A stretch of DNA of 64,000 nt from Fibrobacteria bacterium. GTDB taxonomy: Bacteria > Fibrobacterota > Fibrobacteria > UBA11236 > JADFYW01. The notes below the pieces were generated by a model. That model made no database searches. It saw only the letters and a program-made list of their open reading frames with translations, and had not been told where the DNA came from. How positions within the stretch are numbered: position 1 is the stretch's first letter; the number at the start of each line of letters is the position of its first letter. The DNA lies in the NCBI GenBank assembly GCA_050294405.1, contig JBNKOC010000012.1, positions 544,001-608,000 of the forward strand. Direction: 5' to 3'. A program made the translations under genes and the position numbers. Of this stretch, positions 32,105 through 39,722 are shown piece by piece.

Positions 32105-32929
32105 TTACCTTGTAGTTGCAGCTCTGTTCCCAAGTCCCAGTCTGCAGCGAATAATTGAGGCGCCGAACTCGCGCAATGGCCGTGTTCCAAGGAGTTTGAT
32201 TCCTCGTATGGGAACGGCCTCCAGTTTCTCCAACGTAAACGGACTGTCCTCCACAATTTTTTCGAACTTGGCAATGGTCATCTGGTTAAGGCCGCCCTCC
32301 ACTTCGGAAAACCTGGTAGCCTCATCTTTTTTAAAATCAGATCGCCAACGTATAAGGGCTTTTTCTGTGAAAATCAAATGGGCCCACGGGAAAATGGAAA
32401 ATAAATGACCGCCCCGAGGATGGAGCCATGTGGGGCCAAAAGAGGCGAGAACTACGCCCCCCGGACGCAAAAGTTTACGCATTTTTCCCAGAACAGCTGC
32501 GGGATTGGAGAAATGTTCAAAAGCATCCTTACTGACAATGATTTCCGTAGCTTCATCCGTTTCTCTCACGAATTCGCAGCGATCTTCCACACCTGATTCC
32601 TTTGCTTGGTTTGTGGCGAATTCAAGCCTTTTCTCCTGAATATCAAGGCCTATCACTTTGGCCGCACCCATTTTCACCATTTCCAGGGCCTCACGCCCCT
32701 CTCCACATCCGAATTCGATTACGGATTTTCCCTGGATAATATCAAAAAAATCTTCTCCGAAAAAATGCAGTAACTCTTCGCTAACCCCAGCTTCGGGGAC
32801 GCTATTATTTGAAGCTTCCCGGACAAGCCGCCCTTCTTTTGGGGCTATTTTCCGCAAGATCCGATAACCCAGTTTGCCACCCAAAAATCCCATAAAGATC
32901 AATGTAGCCAAGCCCATTGCAAAACCCAA
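32105..32929 (-). CDS. Class I SAM-dependent methyltransferase
   Basis: VIEFGCGEG, GLDI, FEHF, LRPGG; start uncertain. Confidence 0.85.
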   Translation of the reverse strand: MGFAMGLATLIFMGFLGGKLGYRILRKIAPKEGRLVREASNNSVPEAGVSEELLHFFGEDFFDIIQGKSVIEFGCGEGREALEMVKMGAAKVIGLDIQEKRLEFATNQAKESGVEDRCEFVRETDEATEIIVSKDAFEHFSNPAAVLGKMRKLLRPGGVVLASFGPTWLHPRGGHLFSIFPWAHLIFTEKALIRWRSDFKKDEATRFSEVEGGLNQMTIAKFEKIVEDSPFTLEKLEAVPIRGIKLLGTRPLREFGASIIRCRLGLGNRAATTR

Positions 32930-32966
32930 GCAAATGTATTTTCTTCAAAGATTTCAGCTTTAAAAG

Positions 32967-34043
32967 TTAGGCGCTATATTTCTTTAATTCTTCGAAAACT
33001 TCGTGCTGGATTTCCGAACGTTCACAAGCTTCGCTGGAAGCTCCATAAAAGTCGCCATCTACTTTTTCAGCCAGTGCTGGGCAGCGACCGCAATAACTTT
33101 GGTGCCCGCAAGAAGAGCATTCGCTTAAAGAGTCTAAGCTAACAGCTCTGGCTTTTAAAAATTCAGGAGAACTTTCCCAAATGTTCTTTAAACTGTTTTC
33201 CAGTAAGTTCCCCGCAGAATGTTTTTGCTGAATGCAGGAATACACTTCCCCATAAGGATTAATAGTTAAAAATAAAATTCCCGCATTACATTGAAGTTGG
33301 TAATCGCAAAAATTTTCCCGAACCAATTTATTTTGCGCATCTAAATCGTTTAAAGGGTTTTCGCTAATATGGTAAACATCGGGATTTGAATATACTTGCT
33401 TTAGTTGTTCTCTGCTTAGTTTTTCGTTAAGCACAGATGTGTCATTTCCATTGGCGGGCATTATGGTTGTGTCATAGTGACATACGGCTCCATAGCCTTC
33501 CACCAGGCTTTTTACTTTTTCGTAGTCTTTAAAATTTCTCTTCATGATTAAACATTTGACCCGGGTATGTAGCTGGGCATCATGGAGTAGGGCCAAGGCC
33601 TTTAAGGTGGCGGTATGGGAGCCTTTTTGTTTAGCGATTTCATCATGTACTTCAGGATGGATGGAAAATAAAGTCAGGCTTACTTCCAGAACTCCCATTT
33701 TTTTTAAAAATTGCGCCCGTTCTGTAGTTAACATGGTTCCATTGGTAAATACATTAAGGGCAAAACCCAGGTTTTTGGCTTTTTCTAAAATAAGTTCGAA
33801 ATCCGGATGGCTATATACTTCTCCTCCAGTAAGAGTCAGGTGTAAAACTCCCAAGTTTGCCAATTGTTGCATGGCATTGATGATTTGCGCAGTGCTTAGT
33901 TCTTGTTTTTTCTGGTGATGGTTAAAACAGTGAAAACATTTTAAATTGCATTTGTAAGTCAATTCTATTAACGCGCTGTATGGTTTGTTTTGGGCCCTAT
34001 ATAACTGGCCCACTTCATCCATCAATGAAAATGATGCATCCAT
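32967..34043 (-). CDS. Radical SAM/SPASM peptide-modifying enzyme 2
   Basis: CNLKCFHC, TGGE, TNG; SPASM CNAG...GEVYSC...CSSCGHQSYCGRC...AC. ATG 34043 preferred. Confidence 0.93.
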   Translation of the reverse strand: MDASFSLMDEVGQLYRAQNKPYSALIELTYKCNLKCFHCFNHHQKKQELSTAQIINAMQQLANLGVLHLTLTGGEVYSHPDFELILEKAKNLGFALNVFTNGTMLTTERAQFLKKMGVLEVSLTLFSIHPEVHDEIAKQKGSHTATLKALALLHDAQLHTRVKCLIMKRNFKDYEKVKSLVEGYGAVCHYDTTIMPANGNDTSVLNEKLSREQLKQVYSNPDVYHISENPLNDLDAQNKLVRENFCDYQLQCNAGILFLTINPYGEVYSCIQQKHSAGNLLENSLKNIWESSPEFLKARAVSLDSLSECSSCGHQSYCGRCPALAEKVDGDFYGASSEACERSEIQHEVFEELKKYSA

Positions 34044-34049
34044 AGTTTT

Positions 34050-34058
34050 ATTATACCA
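34050..34058 (-). promoter_or_regulatory. Extended -10 (TGGTATAAT) 6 nt upstream of rSAM 2 ATG
   Basis: Minus strand reads TGGTATAAT-AAAACT-ATG. Confidence 0.55.
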
Positions 34059-34075
34059 AGGAGCCAAATACGAAG

Positions 34076-34366
34076 CTAGCTGGCAGAAACCTCAATTAAT
34101 CCTTTTTCGGCAATTTCGCTAATAAAGCCCTGTATATCGTTGCTAGCGGTGTGGGCATCTGTGTCGTAAAGTTCGCAAATATCCTCGACAATACTGGCCA
34201 TAGTTTTTTTTCCGCCCTCAAGGCTTTTCCATATGGCAACGGCACTGTGGTTGAGACGATGTACCTGATTGGATTTTGGGGTGATGGCGATTAGGTATTC
34301 TCCCAAATACCTCCAGGCAATGTCAGGGTTGCGGTGGATGTAAGATTTTAAGTTCATTTTTTCCAT
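34076..34366 (-). CDS. PqqD-family RiPP recognition element (RRE)
   Basis: 96 aa, RNPDIAWR, LNHSAVAIW, YD......DI..F...GLI; sits between two rSAM genes. Confidence 0.9.
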   Translation of the reverse strand: MEKMNLKSYIHRNPDIAWRYLGEYLIAITPKSNQVHRLNHSAVAIWKSLEGGKKTMASIVEDICELYDTDAHTASNDIQGFISEIAEKGLIEVSAS

Positions 34367-34378
34367 GTTATATCCAGG

Positions 34379-35470
34379 TTAGGATTTATTTCCCTTAATA
34401 TATATTTCTTCCAATACCCCTGCTTCCATGCATGTCCAGGGCTCGGAGCCTGTATATTTTCCAGTGTTCGCATAGATAGAACCAGAGCTGCGCCTGCAAT
34501 AGGCTTTCTGGGGACATTCCCGGCAGTCTTCAAAATCTTTAAGCTCAAGTCCCCGAATCTTATTTAGTACAGGAGAGTTGTGCCATATTTCTTTAAAACT
34601 TTTTTTGCGCAAATTTCCCGAGGGAATAGGCGCTCCTATACAGGGATAAACTTCTCCGAACGCAGATATGCCGCACATTCCCCTGGCGCAGCTGCATTGC
34701 ACCGAGGCATCGGGGTCTTTATCTGGTTGCGGCAAATAAGAATGTAAACTGTTGCTATATAACTCCATAAGCTCTTCACGATTTAACCTATTGTCCAAAG
34801 AGGAATCCGTGCCGTCATAGCGGGCGGTTATTTGGGGGTTTAAGTTAAAGCTTACAGAGAGCTCGTTGCACAATTCCATGAAAGCATCCACTTCAGCGAA
34901 ATTTCGATTGGTGATAACATAATTTATCCGGCAAAATAAACCCTGCTTTTTGCACTCCCCAATTCCAGCAATAATTTTTTCAAAAGAGCCTGGCACCCGG
35001 GTTAAATGATCATGGCTATTTGCCTGGGCTCCATATAAACTTATTTCCAACCCAAATATTCCCGCCTCTTTTAACCGTTTTACCATATTTGGATTAAGAA
35101 GCATGCCATTGGTTTTTAAATAAACAGCCATATTTTTTTGCCGTATATGCCTGACAATATCAAAAAAGCCGGGATGTACTAATGCTTCGCCACCTGTAAG
35201 GGTAATTTCCAGTGCGCCTTCCTCGTACAGCTCATCTATTATATTTGAAATTTCCAAAACGCTCAGCTGCGCTTGTGGAAAAACTTTTTCTTTGGGGAGG
35301 GCTCTGTCAAAGTTATAGCAATGTTGGCATTTAAAATTGCAATCTACGGTAATTTCAAAGGTAATGTGCAGAGGGATGTTATTTTCTTCCACCCATTTTC
35401 TGGTGGCTATTGAAAGTTCCCCCTGAGGTGAAAAATTACTGTTGCCAATTCCTCCGTAGCTGTTAGCCAT
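34379..35470 (-). CDS. Radical SAM/SPASM peptide-modifying enzyme 1
   Basis: CNFKCQHC, TGGE, TNG; SPASM CSCARGMC...GEVYPC...CRECPQKAYCRRS...TC. Confidence 0.93.
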   Translation of the reverse strand: MANSYGGIGNSNFSPQGELSIATRKWVEENNIPLHITFEITVDCNFKCQHCYNFDRALPKEKVFPQAQLSVLEISNIIDELYEEGALEITLTGGEALVHPGFFDIVRHIRQKNMAVYLKTNGMLLNPNMVKRLKEAGIFGLEISLYGAQANSHDHLTRVPGSFEKIIAGIGECKKQGLFCRINYVITNRNFAEVDAFMELCNELSVSFNLNPQITARYDGTDSSLDNRLNREELMELYSNSLHSYLPQPDKDPDASVQCSCARGMCGISAFGEVYPCIGAPIPSGNLRKKSFKEIWHNSPVLNKIRGLELKDFEDCRECPQKAYCRRSSGSIYANTGKYTGSEPWTCMEAGVLEEIYIKGNKS

Positions 35471-35535
35471 AATGAAGTTTATAATACCTTTTTTTAAAAT
35501 AGGGACAAAGCGAAAATTATTTTTAGTTTAAAGCC

Positions 35536-36354
35536 ATGGAAAATCAAAAGCCTAAGGGGTTCCTCCTTCTTTTAGAAATTGCAGGTTTACGCTGTGTCTT
35601 GAGCTTAAAAAACAAGAAACTTTTAACTGCCATAGAACGCCGATATAAAGGTTATTTAAAAAGCCCCGCAAAATATAAGGCTCATTTTAGTTTGGAAATT
35701 TCCACCAGTGTGAGGCATTTTTCCAGAAGCATGAAGCCAAAAATTATTTCCCTGGATGGGGAAAACGACTCCCTGTTAAAAAGGAGAGATTTTGAAGCTA
35801 ATATTAAAAATAAGAGCGTAAAAGCATCTATACATCCCTCCATATTCTCACTGGATGCACTAATTAGAATTTTATGGGCAGGGTTTTTGCCAAAACATAA
35901 CGGCCTTTTGTTGCATTCTTCGGCCATTGTGCAGCACAAAAAGGCTTATATATTTTCAGGTAAATCCGGTGCTGGAAAAACCACTATTTCCCGTTTGTCC
36001 GGGGGGCAAATTTTAAATGATGAAATTGTGGCTTTGTGTAAAAACAACACCGGAAAATGGAAAGTATGGGGAACCCCATTTTGGGGGGAAATGGGAAGCG
36101 GCCCCCACTATCCCAAAGGATATCCATTGGGCCAACTATATTTTATAAACAAAAGCAAAAAAAACTTTGTGGAAGATTTAAGCCCAATGGAATCCCTGGC
36201 TCCCCTTATGAAAGTGATTTGCTTTTTTGAATCTGCCACAAATTCAACTCAGCAGCTTTTAAACTTGGCTTTGATTTTCTTGGGTAGCCATCCTCCAAAG
36301 ATGTTATTCTTTGATAAAAGTCCCGAATATTTAAAGCTGCTTAAAGGCAGATAA
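35536..36354 (+). CDS. HprK-like P-loop kinase (ScmC-like)
   Basis: LLHSSAI...AYIFSGKSGAGKTT...LNDE...GTPFWGE. Confidence 0.8.
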   Translation: MENQKPKGFLLLLEIAGLRCVLSLKNKKLLTAIERRYKGYLKSPAKYKAHFSLEISTSVRHFSRSMKPKIISLDGENDSLLKRRDFEANIKNKSVKASIHPSIFSLDALIRILWAGFLPKHNGLLLHSSAIVQHKKAYIFSGKSGAGKTTISRLSGGQILNDEIVALCKNNTGKWKVWGTPFWGEMGSGPHYPKGYPLGQLYFINKSKKNFVEDLSPMESLAPLMKVICFFESATNSTQQLLNLALIFLGSHPPKMLFFDKSPEYLKLLKGR

Positions 36355-36370
36355 AAAAAACTAGCCCATT

Positions 36371-36793
36371 ATGGAACTCCGCCAAAAAAAAGCATTGGAA
36401 CTGGCTCTCCAGGAATTTGGGGAGTCTTGGGTAAAGCTTGGAGGCTGGAGCATGTGGCCTTTTATTAGGAACGGGGATGAGGTCCTTTTAAAACCTTTGG
36501 CAAAAAAAAACATGTCGGGACGGATTGTAGGGTATTTTGCAGGGAATCAGCTAATTGTGCATCGGGTGCTGCGGGAAGAGTGGCGGGAAAATGGCTTGTG
36601 TTTTATGGTGGAAGGGGATTTTAATCCAAATTCTGCTGTTTGGATAAATTCTTGCGATTGTCTCGGGCAAGTGGTGCGAATCCGTAGAAATGGACAGCTT
36701 TTGCCTAAATTTTTTGCTGGGCGGCTTTTTGCCTTTCCCCGAATATTTAGCTATTTGGTGAAAGCTTTTAAAAAGACTCCAAAAGCCCAATAG
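36371..36793 (+). CDS. S24/S26-family peptidase (Ser-His type)
   Basis: GWSMWPFIRNGD, IVHRV, GD; no obvious TM anchor. Confidence 0.82.
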   Translation: MELRQKKALELALQEFGESWVKLGGWSMWPFIRNGDEVLLKPLAKKNMSGRIVGYFAGNQLIVHRVLREEWRENGLCFMVEGDFNPNSAVWINSCDCLGQVVRIRRNGQLLPKFFAGRLFAFPRIFSYLVKAFKKTPKAQ

Positions 36794-36809
36794 CCTCTTC
36801 GGCCACTCC

Positions 36810-36838
36810 TTGAAACCCGTTGCCGCCCGTGGTATAAT
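36810..36838 (+). promoter_or_regulatory. Sigma-70 promoter of the secreted-protein/precursor operon
   Basis: TTGAAA-N17-TATAAT with extended TG. Confidence 0.8.
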
Positions 36839-36988
36839 AAGTCAGTAGTTGAAATCCCGTTTTAATTTTAAGGCAGCATATAATCAAAAAATATCGGGAC
36901 TGAAAAGTTTTGTTTCAAAAGGAATGAATAACATAAGTACAGGACCAAAATGTCAGGAAAGTCACATTAGCCTATTAAATAACATCAG

Positions 36989-38719
36989 ATGAAAAGCTTT
37001 TTAACCATATGCATGCTCTTTAGCTCCTGGGCTTATTCCCCAATGGCTGCCGAATGGCCGGGCTTTCGGGGAAACCCTGAGCGTACCGGATTTTATTCCC
37101 GCGCCGTGGGCGTTCCGGAAAAAAATGCGGAGCCTCAGTGGAAAATTAAACTTCCCGGAGCTGTTATTTCTTCCCCGGCTATTGAAAATGGATATGTATA
37201 TATCGGAGCCAGAGATTCCAGTGTGTATTGCTTGGATGCCAAAACCGGCGAAGTGATTTGGAAAGTGAAAACCGGTGGCTGGGTGGATAGTTCGCCTACT
37301 ATACATAAGGATATAGTATACGTGGGTTCCAGAGATGGTTATTTATATGCCCTGGATAAAAAATCAGGAGATGTAATCAACAAGTATCCCGCTGGATTGC
37401 AATTGTCCTCACCTGCGGTTTATAACGATGAAAGCGTAATAACAGGCCTGGGCCCTCCGGTGAACGGAGTTTCTTCCTTTCCTTTAAGGGCTAGAAGCAC
37501 GAAAATTGTGGATACAGTTTGGAGCCAACCCCTTCCTCAAATGAGCTATTCATCACCAGCCTTATCCAGAAATATTATGGTTATTGGCGCTAGTAATGGC
37601 AAAATGTATGGAAAAGATGCTTCCACCGGGGAAAATTTGTGGGATATTCAAACCCAAGGGGGCGTTTATTTGTCTACCCCATCCATTGATGACAGTGTGG
37701 TATATTTTTCTCCGGGGAACCTGGACCAAAACATATATGTAAATCGACTTGAAAACGGCGAGGAACTGCGCAAGGTTTCCATCGGAGGGCCCCAGGGTTC
37801 TGTGCCTTCGGGCTATTTGCGTAAAACGGGTGCAGGTCCTAAATATATCCATCCCCATGTATTTAAACAGCTGTTAAGGTTATCGCCTGAAGACAGGCAG
37901 ATGTATATGGACCAACTTAACTCAGAGGGTTACAAGCTCAATAAACTGTCAGCCAAAGGTCCCGAAGAAGAAAGCTACAAATGGATTCCCATAGGAGGAA
38001 TGAAAACTTCTTCCGTGGCCGTTGGACCAAATAATGCCTATGTTATTCAAAAATATCTGGGATTTTTGGAAACCTCCCCCAATCAATTCGATTATCGGCC
38101 TTATTTTATACTGACCTCAGTGGATAAATCCAAGGGAAAGCAATCCTGGCAATTCCATAAAGTATTGGATTCCGAAAGGCTGGGTTACGCCTCCTCACCT
38201 ATAGTAAGTAACTATTTAAAAGGGGGCCAGGTGGTGTTTTTTGGCTGGGGTGAAGGACGGGTTTATGCCCTTCATGACGACAAGGGGAAATCAGAGCCCC
38301 AAATCCTTTGGGAAGACAAATTGCAGGGCCATGTTATTTCTTCGCCAGCCCTTGCGGATGGCCAACTTTATTTTGCCACCACCGAAGGCTATGTATATGC
38401 ATATCCGGTGGCTGTGGCCGCTAATCCCGCAGCTTTGAAAGAAGGCGTGTACGCCTATCCAAATCCGGTGCGTAAACGGGCTACGGAAGTCAATATTAAT
38501 TTTGATCTCTCCGGCTCTACTGCTGATGTTAGTCTTGTAGTGTACAATACCGCTGAAAGGCCGGTTTTCAGAGACAACTTCCGGGTAAATACGGTTATGT
38601 CCTACAGTTGGAAACTAAAAGGCGTGGCTAACGGCGTGTATTTTGCCAAAGTAGTTGTGGATTACGACAGCGGTGGTTCCGATTCCAAATGGATAAAAAT
38701 TGCGGTGCTCAGGGAATGA
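36989..38719 (+). CDS. Secreted PQQ-type beta-propeller with T9SS-like C-terminal domain
   Basis: Signal peptide, WPGFRG, repeated SSP..W blades, tail AYPNP...VYN...ANGVYF...KIAVLR. Confidence 0.85.
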   Translation: MKSFLTICMLFSSWAYSPMAAEWPGFRGNPERTGFYSRAVGVPEKNAEPQWKIKLPGAVISSPAIENGYVYIGARDSSVYCLDAKTGEVIWKVKTGGWVDSSPTIHKDIVYVGSRDGYLYALDKKSGDVINKYPAGLQLSSPAVYNDESVITGLGPPVNGVSSFPLRARSTKIVDTVWSQPLPQMSYSSPALSRNIMVIGASNGKMYGKDASTGENLWDIQTQGGVYLSTPSIDDSVVYFSPGNLDQNIYVNRLENGEELRKVSIGGPQGSVPSGYLRKTGAGPKYIHPHVFKQLLRLSPEDRQMYMDQLNSEGYKLNKLSAKGPEEESYKWIPIGGMKTSSVAVGPNNAYVIQKYLGFLETSPNQFDYRPYFILTSVDKSKGKQSWQFHKVLDSERLGYASSPIVSNYLKGGQVVFFGWGEGRVYALHDDKGKSEPQILWEDKLQGHVISSPALADGQLYFATTEGYVYAYPVAVAANPAALKEGVYAYPNPVRKRATEVNINFDLSGSTADVSLVVYNTAERPVFRDNFRVNTVMSYSWKLKGVANGVYFAKVVVDYDSGGSDSKWIKIAVLRE

Positions 38720-39687
38720 TTATGAAAAGATACATACTACATAGTTCCCTAATAAGCCTTGTGCTTTTATTTTCCTACGGGATAACCCCGGCATTTTCCC
38801 AGGATTTTGCCTCGCGTTCTTATGCGGAATTCGGCGCGGAATATTTAAAACTGCCACGCCATGCGGGGACAGCCAGTCTTGCCAACGCCAGCGCCGCCTG
38901 GGAAGAAAACCTGCTGGGCCTTCAATACAATCCGGGGCTTATTGGTTACAATAGCCAACATCATGTAAACCTAAGCTATACCTTTTTAACCCTGGACAGG
39001 CTTCATTACAGTTTGGAATATGTAAGCCCTAAATATTACGGTCAGAATTTTGGGGTTTCTATTACCAGCTTTGGCGTAAAAGATATTGAGGAAAGAGACG
39101 ATACCGGCCAATTAAACGGCCATTTTGATGATACGGAAATTGCGGCTGATTTTCTGGCTGGGGGACAGCTCAAAGGCTGGTTTAGTTATGGAATAGCTTT
39201 ACGATATATACATCAGCAATTGGGCGAATTTAATGAGTCTGGAGCTAAAGGTTTTGGCATGGATATAGGTGTGCATTACAAGCCAATGGAAAAAATAGGA
39301 ATAGGGGCGAGTTTGCAAAATTTAGGTTCTTATTTGTGGTGGGAAACCGGACGCGAGGATCAAGTGGTGCCCATATTCAGGCTTGGAGTAAATGGAAATA
39401 TTGTGGACTCGGTGCTCAAGGCGGAAATAGACATTGTCAAACCCTATTCTCAACCCATTGAATCTAACATTGGAGTGGAGGGAAAAATATTAAGGGTAAT
39501 AGCCGTTCGCGTTGGAATTGTAAATGCGCTAACCTATGATGCGGATGGCGCTGTATATATGGATCCAGAATTTTTTCTGGGAGTGGGGTTGTCCCACAAA
39601 TTCTTTGGGTTTGAATATGCGGCCATGAAACCGGGTTCGGAACTGGGAATGGGGCATAAATTTTCGTTGCAGGTCAATTTTAATTAA
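38716..39687 (+). CDS. PorV/PorQ-family outer membrane beta-barrel
   Basis: GAEYLK...A....LANA, YNPG, G...QNLG, terminal HKFSLQVNF; ATGA overlap with upstream gene. Confidence 0.75.
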   Translation: MIMKRYILHSSLISLVLLFSYGITPAFSQDFASRSYAEFGAEYLKLPRHAGTASLANASAAWEENLLGLQYNPGLIGYNSQHHVNLSYTFLTLDRLHYSLEYVSPKYYGQNFGVSITSFGVKDIEERDDTGQLNGHFDDTEIAADFLAGGQLKGWFSYGIALRYIHQQLGEFNESGAKGFGMDIGVHYKPMEKIGIGASLQNLGSYLWWETGREDQVVPIFRLGVNGNIVDSVLKAEIDIVKPYSQPIESNIGVEGKILRVIAVRVGIVNALTYDADGAVYMDPEFFLGVGLSHKFFGFEYAAMKPGSELGMGHKFSLQVNFN

Positions 39688-39722
39688 GGACCCATTTCAT
39701 TTGCGAAAATGGGACTTGTAAT

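Noticed and set aside
34354..34548. 64-aa ORF as an alternative precursor
   Set aside because: Out-of-frame overlap with the rSAM1 SPASM coding region; no leader/core pattern.
32967..38719. PQQ biosynthesis operon (PqqD, PqqE-like, PQQ propeller)
   Set aside because: No pqqB/pqqC recognised and the context (two rSAMs, kinase, peptidase, Cys-rich core) differs from pqq operons; PQQ-type propellers are often non-enzymatic.
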